Shown here in pieces: positions 54,388 through 63,508 of a stretch of DNA of 64,000 nt. Within the stretch, counting starts at the first letter, position 1; each line of letters starts with the position of its first letter. Position numbers and translations under genes: made by a program. The notes under the pieces were generated by a model that did not search any database, was not told the DNA's origin, and saw only the letters and a list, made by a program, of their open reading frames with translations. The stretch is taken from sequence record PQ898602.1; one strand, 5' to 3'.

Positions 54388-55343
54388 AAAGTACAAATGA
54401 GTGGGATCCACTCAAAAAAGTGATTGTTGGTGTTGCTGATTATGCAAGAATCCCTGAGATGGATAAAAGTCTCAGACACATCAACTATGCAGATAGACAA
54501 GATGTTTCCGATGTCATCAGTGGATTGTATCCCAAACAAGTCATTGATGAAGCAAATGAAGATCTAGAAAACTTTGCAAACTTCCTAAGAGTTTGTGGAG
54601 TGGAGGTAGTAAGGCCGCATCCTGAACCAACTGGATATTACAACTTCTGCCCCAGAGATGTTGTCGTTGTTCATGGTGAAACGGAGATTGCGGCTCCGAT
54701 GCCTTTGAAAGCAAGACGATTTAACTTTGGGTCGATTGCACATTATTTGAACAACCTTACACCTGTTACTTGCACTTACAATGATGCATTGTATAACGAG
54801 AATTGTATTGGTGATAAGGACACTCTTGCACTGACAGAGTACGAACCTGCCTTTGATGCTGCCAACATCATCAGAGCGAACGATCAGATCCTCTACCTCC
54901 TGTCTAATAGTGGTAACAGGAAAGGTGCCCAGAAACTCCAGACACTCCTGCCAGAGACCGAGGTACACCTCTTAGAGGGTGTTTATAGTTATATGCATAT
55001 AGACACGACTGTCGCGTTCCTGAGGGAGGGCCTGCTACTTGCCAACCCCGAAAGGATTAAGGATCGTGATGTCCTTCCTGGTCCATTCAAAGACTGGGAT
55101 ATTATCTGGTGTCCAGAACCAGTTGACATCGGACATTACCCTGGATATAACAATGCTTCCACTTGGATTAACATGAACTTATTCAGTATTAATCCCAATC
55201 TGGTTGCTCTTGAGATGAATCAAGAACCCACTAGAAAAGTCCTGGAACAACATGGTATCGAGTGTGCAATGTTGCCTATGAGACATTCTAGAACTCTAAG
55301 TGGATGTTTCCACTGCGTAACCTTAGACCTGGAGAGAGGATGA
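54384..55343 (+). CDS. amidinotransferase (StrB1/AGAT-like, copy 2)
   Basis: NEWDPLKKVIVG, CPRD, FDAAN, YMHIDTT, GCFHCVTLD (Asp-His-Cys triad). Confidence 0.9.
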   Translation: MKSTNEWDPLKKVIVGVADYARIPEMDKSLRHINYADRQDVSDVISGLYPKQVIDEANEDLENFANFLRVCGVEVVRPHPEPTGYYNFCPRDVVVVHGETEIAAPMPLKARRFNFGSIAHYLNNLTPVTCTYNDALYNENCIGDKDTLALTEYEPAFDAANIIRANDQILYLLSNSGNRKGAQKLQTLLPETEVHLLEGVYSYMHIDTTVAFLREGLLLANPERIKDRDVLPGPFKDWDIIWCPEPVDIGHYPGYNNASTWINMNLFSINPNLVALEMNQEPTRKVLEQHGIECAMLPMRHSRTLSGCFHCVTLDLERG

Positions 55344-56146
55344 AAGCAGTAAGTATCATTACTGCATGTAAGAATAGGGAACTTTCACTAAGAGTCTCCC
55401 TAATGACTTGGATGCAGTTCAAAGAAGTTGCAGAGATTATCATTGCTGATTGGAGTTCTGATAAATCTCTAAATTATCTGACTGAATGGGATAAAAGGAT
55501 TAAAGTCATCAGTGTCCCAAATCAAAAGTATTTCAATCAACCTCAACCACTCAATATCGCTGCAAGTGTTGCATCATCACAAAAGATCTTGAAGTTGGAC
55601 AATGATCACATTTTGAATCCATACTACAATTTCTTCAAAGACTATAAGATCAACGAAGAGAGTTTCCTGTGTGGTAGAAATGATTATGACTCGGATGTAT
55701 ATCGTGGTATTTGGGGAATGCTTTATGTCTACCGCAAAAACTTTTGGAACGTCGGTGGATTCAACGAAGACATGGGTCAATACTACTCATATGAAGATGA
55801 TGATATGACTCATCGACTTGAATTGAGTGGTCTCCAAATGAAAAAGATCATTCCAGAGACACATAGAATCATTCACATGCCTCACCCAGATGGTAAGAGA
55901 ATTGAACATTTCCAAGGGGATGCTGAGTTGAGTGACTATGAAGTCAGACTTCGCAAAAAAATGGGTGAAAGATTCTCTGGAAATTCGCTAGATAAGAGAG
56001 TGGGTGGTATAATGTCTTCAAGGCATAATTACAACAATAGGATGCAGTTCGACCTCAGTGAGGTCAAAGAACCTGTAGTACAAAGAAAGTATCATTGGAA
56101 CCTGGAGAAAATCAATGACCAAGAATACCGAGCGACTCCAGCATGA
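55340..56146 (+). CDS. GT2/GT7-C-like glycosyltransferase
   Basis: ITACKNR, ADWSS, KLDND, VGGFNE..YEDDD..RL, IHMPH. Confidence 0.8.
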   Translation: MKAVSIITACKNRELSLRVSLMTWMQFKEVAEIIIADWSSDKSLNYLTEWDKRIKVISVPNQKYFNQPQPLNIAASVASSQKILKLDNDHILNPYYNFFKDYKINEESFLCGRNDYDSDVYRGIWGMLYVYRKNFWNVGGFNEDMGQYYSYEDDDMTHRLELSGLQMKKIIPETHRIIHMPHPDGKRIEHFQGDAELSDYEVRLRKKMGERFSGNSLDKRVGGIMSSRHNYNNRMQFDLSEVKEPVVQRKYHWNLEKINDQEYRATPA

Positions 56147-56345
56147 AGGTGAAAAGAAGTTTCACCCATCTGGACTGAATATCATCGAAAACTCTGATGG
56201 ATCTTTCTCATTTGAGTGGGATCCTGAAGATGATCGTTGGAAATGGATGAACAACTTGACAGATGACCAGATCAAGTCTATTATCGAGGAAGGAATTCAA
56301 AAACAAGCATTTCTAGAGGAACTCGCAAATGAATACGACCTATGA
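56115..56345 (+). CDS. hypothetical protein
   Basis: 76 aa ORF. Confidence 0.55.
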   Translation: MTKNTERLQHEGEKKFHPSGLNIIENSDGSFSFEWDPEDDRWKWMNNLTDDQIKSIIEEGIQKQAFLEELANEYDL

Positions 56346-56865
56346 GTCGCAACGAAAGGAACGACTCTCTGATGTGATCTTTGATTACCTTCAAGATGAG
56401 GACACCAGTCCTGAAAAACTCTACACTGATATTCGAGAAGAGATTATCAATGCACTAGAGCACTTTGAAAAATACGCTGACAGGTGTCGTCGTGCTCGGG
56501 ATTTGATCACGGATGACTTCTTCCCCACTAATAGTGACTACAAAGAACATTGTTACTATGATTCGGAGTCTGAAGGTAGAGACTTCTATAGCAACGATAC
56601 GCATCCAGAAATTTCACCACCAGATCTTACTGATGCACGTATTCAGGCCACATCTCCTTTCAATGATGGTTGGACCCAAGAGTTTTACCGAGAACAGATC
56701 TCACGAAACGATCCCGATCGAATTGATTACAAGGATCCTTGGGTCTATGAGTCTCCAGACGGAGGAAAAACTATTACCAAACGTAAACCAGGGTCTCTGG
56801 AAAAGTATCCCATCACTCGGGATGAAATTAACGAACACTACAAAAATCTTGGAAACGCTGACTAA
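56329..56865 (+). CDS. hypothetical protein
   Basis: 178 aa; C-terminal VYESPDGGKT motif. Confidence 0.65.
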   Translation: MNTTYESQRKERLSDVIFDYLQDEDTSPEKLYTDIREEIINALEHFEKYADRCRRARDLITDDFFPTNSDYKEHCYYDSESEGRDFYSNDTHPEISPPDLTDARIQATSPFNDGWTQEFYREQISRNDPDRIDYKDPWVYESPDGGKTITKRKPGSLEKYPITRDEINEHYKNLGNAD

Positions 56866-57083
56866 TGCTATCTACATCCGTAAATGAATCTCTGACTGAC
56901 GCAGAACAATCACTTAGGAATGCTCTTGCTTTTGCTGCAAGGGGTGAACGACCTTTGGTCTGCACCACAATCGCAGACATGATTTCTAAGATTGAGAGTC
57001 TAAAGTCTACAGACGAAATCTTGGACAAACTTGAAAATCGTAAGGAAGGGGATTCTGGATCCTTTGGTTCTTGGTTTGAATAG
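56865..57083 (+). CDS. hypothetical protein
   Basis: 72 aa ORF. Confidence 0.65.
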   Translation: MLSTSVNESLTDAEQSLRNALAFAARGERPLVCTTIADMISKIESLKSTDEILDKLENRKEGDSGSFGSWFE

Positions 57084-57109
57084 ATAGTATGTTGTTGCAT
57101 AGTTAGCTT

Positions 57110-57583
57110 ATGGATCTTCCCATAACGCCTAATCAAACAATATTAGTACTTAATTCAAGTTACGAACCCATAAACTTCACCAGTTGGCGAAGAGCGATAG
57201 TCTTATTACTCAAGGAGAAGGCACATGTCCTCTCTGGTCGAGTAATAAGACTTTTAAATTATGTACGTTTGCCATTATCTAAGATCATGAGTATTACTCC
57301 ATCCCGTGCAATGATCTATAAAAGAGATCATAATACATGTCAATATTGTGGATCAAAATCGAAACTCACTATTGATCATGTACTCCCACGTTCAAAAGGA
57401 GGAGACAACTCATGGGAGAATCTGGTAGTTGCCTGTTCTTCGTGTAATACGAAAAAAGGTGATAGACTACTAGAACAAACCAACATGAAACTATCATGTC
57501 AACCTAGGGCACCAATCAATAAAATGGTATTCGATTTGAATCATACCAAGGTTGATGAATGGAAAGAGTATAATTACTCTTAA
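57110..57583 (+). CDS. HNH endonuclease
   Basis: RDHNTCQYCG..TIDHVLPRSKGG..WENLVVACSSCNTKKG. Confidence 0.92.
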   Translation: MDLPITPNQTILVLNSSYEPINFTSWRRAIVLLLKEKAHVLSGRVIRLLNYVRLPLSKIMSITPSRAMIYKRDHNTCQYCGSKSKLTIDHVLPRSKGGDNSWENLVVACSSCNTKKGDRLLEQTNMKLSCQPRAPINKMVFDLNHTKVDEWKEYNYS

Positions 57584-57669
57584 CATGATCCCAAAGAAAA
57601 CATTAAGAACACTAGATAGTACAATGTTATGTGTTATGATTTGATCATAACCAAGGAGGCACCCCAATC

Positions 57670-57891
57670 ATGACTCTTCCAAACGAAGGTAAAAAACTCG
57701 ATGATAACGAGATTTACAGCATCAATAATGCAGTAAAACAAGCAGGCATCACTCAAATTCATCCAGAAAAGATGGAAGCGTGGGGTGATCATCTGGTATC
57801 ACAACTTAAAAAATCCGAGGAGGAAGATGTCATGAAAAATGCAAAAGGTTGTGGTAAACACTGGAGAACATCTGGACCATTATCCGATTGA
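57670..57891 (+). CDS. hypothetical protein
   Basis: 73 aa, SD AGGAGG. Confidence 0.6.
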   Translation: MTLPNEGKKLDDNEIYSINNAVKQAGITQIHPEKMEAWGDHLVSQLKKSEEEDVMKNAKGCGKHWRTSGPLSD

Positions 57892-57928
57892 TGTGGTAAA
57901 CTCTAAATATGGCATTATCATTAGATAA

Positions 57929-58174
57929 ATGAAATTTAAACTTTATACAAAAAAAGATTGCCCGTATTGTTATCGTGCTAAAACCGCGATTGAACTTTGT
58001 GGGCATGAATTAGATGTAGTCACCCTGGATGAAGACTTTAGTAGACTCGAATTTTATGATAAGTTCGGTCAAGGAAGTACTTTTCCTCAGGTATTAATGG
58101 AAGATAAACATCTTGGGGGATGTGTTGAAACCATTCGTTATCTACGTCAACTAGAAAGAAACTCGGTATCCTAA
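57929..58174 (+). CDS. glutaredoxin
   Basis: CPYC, TFPQV, GG. Confidence 0.92.
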   Translation: MKFKLYTKKDCPYCYRAKTAIELCGHELDVVTLDEDFSRLEFYDKFGQGSTFPQVLMEDKHLGGCVETIRYLRQLERNSVS

Positions 58175-58175
58175 T

Positions 58176-58370
58176 ATGGATAAGCCCCAAGGACTCCACA
58201 TAAATAGAGGTGTGGAATTACTATTAAGAAGAAGGAGGAGGGAACCGCCTGAAGAACCAAAAACATTTGAATTTAGTTTTGGTAAGATGGTTTCTCTCTT
58301 CAAAAGAGAGATTCATGTTACACTAGACTTTTCATTCGATATAAGAAAGAAAGTAATCTCTCGGAGGTAG
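58176..58370 (+). CDS. hypothetical protein
   Basis: 64 aa ORF. Confidence 0.55.
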   Translation: MDKPQGLHINRGVELLLRRRRREPPEEPKTFEFSFGKMVSLFKREIHVTLDFSFDIRKKVISRR

Positions 58371-58374
58371 GGCC

Positions 58375-58599
58375 ATGACAGCGCCAATTATTGCCATTTA
58401 TTGTATGGTAACACTTATGTTCTTAATGATCGGTGGTATCATCGGTTGGTTGGCCAAAGAACACGTATTATTCACCACTCCACAACAAGTTTTCGCTCAT
58501 CCCGAAATGTTCGATGAGAATGGTCAGATTATTCCTGATGAAGTAATTGCAGTACGATTTGAAAATAGCTATGACGACTACGAAGAAGACGACGACTAG
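58375..58599 (+). CDS. hypothetical membrane protein
   Basis: N-terminal TM, HPEMFDENG. Confidence 0.65.
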   Translation: MTAPIIAIYCMVTLMFLMIGGIIGWLAKEHVLFTTPQQVFAHPEMFDENGQIIPDEVIAVRFENSYDDYEEDDD

Positions 58600-59128
58600 A
58601 ACTCCTCGTAAAGCCGCAACACCTAAACCTGCGGCTAAGAAGACTACGACTCGTAAACCAGCGAAACCTAAAACAGAGAAGATTACTCTAACACCAACTT
58701 CATTGGTTCATGATATCTTCTCTGCCATTTCCTCAGAGAGAACCAAGGCAAAGAAACTTGAGATCCTGAGGAACTACAACGAGAACTTTATCAAAGCGGT
58801 TCTGATTTGGAATTTTGATGAGACTATCGTCTCGGTTCTCCCAGAGGGAGAAGTTCCAATTCAACAAAAAGAAAACGCAGATAAGAATCCTAATACCAAC
58901 ATTCGCAAAGAGTGGGATAAGTTCTACAACTTTGTGAAAGGTGGAAATGATGGGATGTCTCGTCTCAAAAAAGAAACCATGTTCATTAATATCCTTGAGC
59001 AACTGCACCCTGGTGAAGCAGAGGTTGTTTGTCTTGCAAAGGATAAAAAACTTGATACAAAATACAAACTGACTCGGGAACTTGTTTCCGAAGCATATCC
59101 AGACATCACTTGGGGAAATCGTTCGTAA
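58571..59128 (+). CDS. hypothetical protein with Lys/Thr/Ala-rich N-terminal tail
   Basis: TTTKKTTTRTPRKAATPKPAAKK followed by a globular domain with LHPGEAE. Confidence 0.7.
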   Translation: MTTTKKTTTRTPRKAATPKPAAKKTTTRKPAKPKTEKITLTPTSLVHDIFSAISSERTKAKKLEILRNYNENFIKAVLIWNFDETIVSVLPEGEVPIQQKENADKNPNTNIRKEWDKFYNFVKGGNDGMSRLKKETMFINILEQLHPGEAEVVCLAKDKKLDTKYKLTRELVSEAYPDITWGNRS

Positions 59129-59391
59129 TGGGAAAAGGGATCAACATTATTCAGACTAACTGCGACAAAAGTGCTGGGCAGGATAAAAGTCTCCCTCGGA
59201 ATGCATACTTGGTAGTATATTCCGAGGATGGTGAAGAAAAATTTGACATTGTTTGTGGTCTACAAGTTGACATTTTTGACCACTATCACGACCAGAATAA
59301 ACAAGTGAGGGCTATCGAATGGACGGACGGGACGATCAACCCGAAGTTTTGGGGTTACCAAGCAAAGGATTCGGGAAAGAAAAAAAAGTAG
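59128..59391 (+). CDS. hypothetical protein
   Basis: 87 aa; start overlaps the upstream stop. Confidence 0.65.
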   Translation: MGKGINIIQTNCDKSAGQDKSLPRNAYLVVYSEDGEEKFDIVCGLQVDIFDHYHDQNKQVRAIEWTDGTINPKFWGYQAKDSGKKKK

Positions 59392-59553
59392 TAAAGGGTG
59401 ATCTGAACCTTACCATCGATGTCGATGAACTGCACAAAAAAGTGCGGAAGGAATATAAGAAGATCAAAAAATATATGAACTCATCCATATATACTGTTGC
59501 TATGATGGATGGTAACGAGAAAATTGTTACCGATTTGCTCAAGGAACAGGAGG

Positions 59554-59880
59554 ATGGGTGATCATTACCTTTTAAATCTATATGGTTGCAGTTTCAATAG
59601 TCTTAATAATGAGGAATACTTAAAAGACCTTATTGAGACTGCTGCGTTATGCAGTGGTGCAACCATTCTAAAGATCATTGGAAAAAGTTTTCAACCGCAG
59701 GGTGTAACCATTATTGGTCTCCTTGCGGAAAGTCATATCAGTATCCATACGTGGCCCGAGAAAGGTGAGGCTGCGGTGGATATTTTTACTTGTGGGGATT
59801 GTTTGCCAAAGATTGGTTGTGATATTATTATTGAACAAATTCAATGTAATAGACATACCCTCCAACTTATTAAAAGATGA
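59554..59880 (+). CDS. speD: S-adenosylmethionine decarboxylase proenzyme
   Basis: F.PQGVT..LLAE|SHISIHTWPE..A.VDIFTCG; SD AGGAGG. Confidence 0.92.
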   Translation: MGDHYLLNLYGCSFNSLNNEEYLKDLIETAALCSGATILKIIGKSFQPQGVTIIGLLAESHISIHTWPEKGEAAVDIFTCGDCLPKIGCDIIIEQIQCNRHTLQLIKR

Positions 59881-60416
59881 GAAACAAATCCTATAGATAT
59901 ACCTTTTCTTCGGAACCTCTATTCACTATTCCTCTCTTTAGTGCTGATTTGTCTCTGGACAATGAAAGCATCCTTGACTATTGCACAAACTTGTGGGATA
60001 GGGATCCTGGTCGGGATGTCAGTAATTCTGGTGGTTGGCAATCTAATGATATTCCAGTCTTACCTGAAGAACTAGAAAGACTCTTTGTGGATATTCATAC
60101 ATTTGCTGAAGAATGTTGCGAGGAACTTGAAATATCACCAGTAAAAGTCTATAATATGTGGGTCAATATTAATCAATATAAAGATTTTAATTGGCCACAT
60201 GATCATTCCGATTCTGCTCTTGCTGGGGTTTATTATGTGAAAGCTCCAAACAATTGTGGAGATATTGCATTTGAACATCCTGTAGAAGATAAGATGACTA
60301 TCATGCCTTCTGTGGAGGGTAGACTTTATATCTTCCCTGCTTGGTTACGACACCGAGTTAATCCAAACATGAGTAGAGAAGAGAGAGTTTCTATCTCTTT
60401 CAATCTAGACCACTAG
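59877..60416 (+). CDS. 2OG-Fe(II) oxygenase (TIGR02466-like)
   Basis: MWVNIN..N.PHDH..GVYYV, FPAWLRHRV.PN..RVSISFN. Confidence 0.85.
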   Translation: MRNKSYRYTFSSEPLFTIPLFSADLSLDNESILDYCTNLWDRDPGRDVSNSGGWQSNDIPVLPEELERLFVDIHTFAEECCEELEISPVKVYNMWVNINQYKDFNWPHDHSDSALAGVYYVKAPNNCGDIAFEHPVEDKMTIMPSVEGRLYIFPAWLRHRVNPNMSREERVSISFNLDH

Positions 60417-60443
60417 AATAAATACACCAGAAAGAGGACTACT

Positions 60444-60758
60444 ATGCTTTCGACTGCTTATCGTCTCCGACTAGAATCTATTTGTAGATGTATTGCCAAT
60501 AAGGAACAAGTTCCTTTGGAAGATATGATCTGGGCAGAGAAACTCGCCAAGAGACATACAACTGCTAGAGACTGGCTAAACAAAGCACGTCGTCATGCTG
60601 CCCAAAACATTGAAGAGGGTACCATGGATGATTTTATGAATAAGATGGGACTAGGAGACCCCGACCCATCTAATTACAAAACGGGGTTTGATGGTGCAGA
60701 CGACATTAATGAGTGGTTCGGAAGAGACAAACCCGATGACTGGAGACAACGTGACTGA
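60444..60758 (+). CDS. hypothetical protein
   Basis: 104 aa, SD GAGGA. Confidence 0.7.
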   Translation: MLSTAYRLRLESICRCIANKEQVPLEDMIWAEKLAKRHTTARDWLNKARRHAAQNIEEGTMDDFMNKMGLGDPDPSNYKTGFDGADDINEWFGRDKPDDWRQRD

Positions 60759-61255
60759 TGAGAATTGTCCATGACAACTCCATTTCAAAGTCCGATTGTG
60801 ATTTCTTAATTCAAGAATATGAAAGGAGGGGTCCTTCTGATAGATGGTGCGACTCTGATCACTTAAGATTTGGATTAAAAAATTTCTCTGAAAATCAGAG
60901 GATGCTTGATATACTGAATAAAATTGCTAGTGTAACTGGTTATGATATTGATTGGGGTGCGATTGTAAAACGATCCCCAGGAACAGAGCATTCAAAACAT
61001 TTTGATATTGCTGAGGAATCTACAATTTTGTCTTCAGTAACATATCTGAATGATGATTTTACTGGTGGTGAAACATATATCATTAATGACATAACTCTCA
61101 GGAAACATGTTCGAGATGTTAGTGTCAAAATTTCTCCCAAAACTGGAAGGACATTATATTTTGATGGGAAACAATACGAACATGGAGTTACTGAAGTAAA
61201 AGATTCCCATAGATACACACTAGCAATCTGGTATAAAAAACATGAGTCAGTTTGA
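60758..61255 (+). CDS. 2OG-Fe(II) oxygenase
   Basis: KHFD, YLNDDFTGGET, HGV..RYTLAIWY. Confidence 0.85.
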   Translation: MRIVHDNSISKSDCDFLIQEYERRGPSDRWCDSDHLRFGLKNFSENQRMLDILNKIASVTGYDIDWGAIVKRSPGTEHSKHFDIAEESTILSSVTYLNDDFTGGETYIINDITLRKHVRDVSVKISPKTGRTLYFDGKQYEHGVTEVKDSHRYTLAIWYKKHESV

Positions 61256-61508
61256 AAAGATTACTCCTGAGACATATGAAAAAATGAATGAGGAGTTTGA
61301 AGAGGAGGGGCTTGCTTTCCGAATAAATATTCCTACTCAGGAAGAAATCGATGAGTGGAGAAAACGTGGACAACAAGGAGATTCCATGGTGGAAACTACA
61401 TGAAATCGCTGACCAACTTAATGGTAAATTGAATCACATTACCTGTGTAGACCACACTGGTAAAACTTGTAAAAGAATTGTAATCGAGTACACGGAGGAA
61501 ACAAAGTA

Positions 61509-61742
61509 ATGGAAGCCGTAATCTATTCCAACGGAAATCAGGAATGCGAACGTGCTAAAGTTCTGTTAGAAAAACTCAACTTCCAGATTCAAGTATATAA
61601 ATTAAATCAACACTTCTCTGAAAGAGGTTTTGTAGAGGAGTTCGGTGAAGAGGCAGAATACCCACAAGTTAATATCGGTTTCAGACACGTTGGTGGGTTA
61701 AAAGAAACATTAAACTACTTCAAACAACATAAACTACTATGA
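61509..61742 (+). CDS. glutaredoxin-like protein with a single Cys
   Basis: GNQEC replaces CxxC; YPQV..HVGG. Confidence 0.7.
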   Translation: MEAVIYSNGNQECERAKVLLEKLNFQIQVYKLNQHFSERGFVEEFGEEAEYPQVNIGFRHVGGLKETLNYFKQHKLL

Positions 61743-61927
61743 ATCCAATAATCCTAATTGCTTGTTTTTTACCTATTGTAGTGATTTGGATTGTAATGAA
61801 AGTGGCCGTTTGGTTCTATGCAGTCAACGACGAACAAAAGTATGTCAGAGAAGAATCCAAAAAACCCCATGGACCCTATCTGGCAGATGCATATGCAGAT
61901 GTTGATGAAGAGGAAGAAGGTGATTGA
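61739..61927 (+). CDS. hypothetical membrane protein
   Basis: 62 aa, N-terminal TM. Confidence 0.55.
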   Translation: MNPIILIACFLPIVVIWIVMKVAVWFYAVNDEQKYVREESKKPHGPYLADAYADVDEEEEGD

Positions 61928-62065
61928 AATCTCTGAAAAAATTGACAAATCTCTTTTTGAGTATTATTCTGAGATAGGAAAACCAGTTCCAAAGTGGAGA
62001 CTGAAGAAAGACCCCGACTGGTGGACAAGGTATCTCGATGATTTAGGAATAGACCCCCGTAATCC

Positions 62066-63475
62066 ATGAACATTGTTGTAGTAGGTGGTGGAACCTCTGG
62101 ATGCATATCTGCACTGATCCTTAAACAAAGGTTCCCACAATATGATATCCATATAATTGAATCATCAAAGATCGGTACCATTGGAGTGGGAGAAGGTTCC
62201 ACTGAACATTGGACCGATTTTTGTGATTATGTAGATATCGATATGGGAGATGTGCTCCGAGAGTGTGGTGCAACATTCAAGATGGGAATCCTCTTTGATA
62301 AGTGGGATGATGAACCATTCATGCACTCTCTACTACCAGATACCTGTAGAAATGATCATGGATACTACTATACATATGCACACCAGATTGTAAACAACTA
62401 TCCCAAGAGGGATATGCAATCTGAATATGTTTGGAATAACGAGTGCCCTGAAGATGGATTGGAAGTTCGTCAGTTGCACTTCGATACTGATAAACTCAAT
62501 AAGTTTTTACATAAGAAATGTTTTGAACGTGGTATCAGTGTTCATGTTGATGATATCAAATACGTTCATGTTGGTGAAGGTATTGAGTATGTAGAAGGAA
62601 ATAAAAGATATTATGCTCATGTATTCATTGATTGTACGGGATTCCGAAGACTTCTGATTAGTAAACTGGGTGTAGGTTGGAAATCATATAGTGAGTATCT
62701 ACCTTTAAACTCTGCAATCACCTTTCCCACTGCAGAACAAAAAGAATATAACATGTGGACTAAGGCAACTGCCTATGATGCGGGATGGGGATGGACTATT
62801 CCAACCAGGGATAGAACTGGAAACGGATATGTTTTCTGCGACAAGTTCATCACCACTGATGAAGCTAAGGATGAGATGCGAAAACATCATGGTCAGTACA
62901 TCCGATTCGGTAAGGAATTTAAGTTTGATCCTGGACGTGTAGAAAAATTCTGGGAACGTAATTGTATTGCTGTTGGTCTTGCTGGTAGTTTCGTTGAACC
63001 ACTTGAAGCATCGTCTATTGGATCAACTATTCAACAGGTATTCGCTCTTACTCAGATGTTGCCTTCCTGGAGTCAGGATAGATACAATAAGGTTGTAATT
63101 GATATATTTGACAACATTGTTGACTATATCGTTGCACACTATCTGACTCGTAGAGAAGACACTCCATTTTGGAAATACATAAAAGAGAATCTGAAGATAC
63201 CTAAATCTTTACAGGATTTACTTTCAATGTGGGAAAACAGATTGCCACATTCTTCAGACATGTACATTCCATGGGAAATGTTCCATGCTGCGAACTATGT
63301 TCCTATTCTTCATGGTCTAAACTGGTTCAATGTCAACAAAATAAAGCATGAATACAATTCTTTTCCTAATCACCAAAGAATAGAAAAAGAAATGAAAGAC
63401 TTGAAAGACTTTTACAAACGTGTTCCGAAGAAGGGACATAAACGTACTCTTCAGATGTTGACAAAACGGCGCTGA
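62066..63475 (+). CDS. flavin-dependent (tryptophan) halogenase, PrnA/VirX1-like
   Basis: GGGTSG, IGVGEGS, ATFKMGI (catalytic Lys), DCTGF, WGWTIP, FVEPLEAS. Confidence 0.92.
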   Translation: MNIVVVGGGTSGCISALILKQRFPQYDIHIIESSKIGTIGVGEGSTEHWTDFCDYVDIDMGDVLRECGATFKMGILFDKWDDEPFMHSLLPDTCRNDHGYYYTYAHQIVNNYPKRDMQSEYVWNNECPEDGLEVRQLHFDTDKLNKFLHKKCFERGISVHVDDIKYVHVGEGIEYVEGNKRYYAHVFIDCTGFRRLLISKLGVGWKSYSEYLPLNSAITFPTAEQKEYNMWTKATAYDAGWGWTIPTRDRTGNGYVFCDKFITTDEAKDEMRKHHGQYIRFGKEFKFDPGRVEKFWERNCIAVGLAGSFVEPLEASSIGSTIQQVFALTQMLPSWSQDRYNKVVIDIFDNIVDYIVAHYLTRREDTPFWKYIKENLKIPKSLQDLLSMWENRLPHSSDMYIPWEMFHAANYVPILHGLNWFNVNKIKHEYNSFPNHQRIEKEMKDLKDFYKRVPKKGHKRTLQMLTKRR

Positions 63476-63486
63476 CCTCTTATAAT
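63458..63486 (+). promoter_or_regulatory. consensus sigma70-like early promoter
   Basis: TTGACA-N17-TATAAT. Confidence 0.8.
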
Positions 63487-63508
63487 CAAACCATATTATA
63501 CCATTATC

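Noticed and set aside
10641-55343. Saxitoxin-like toxin cluster (carbamoyltransferase, amidinotransferase, sulfotransferase)
   Set aside because: The genes are dispersed among glycosyltransferases and no PKS/SxtA-like core is present; glycan tailoring is more parsimonious
57110-57583. HNH gene as part of a mobile intron or intein
   Set aside because: Free-standing ORF with no interrupted host gene on either side
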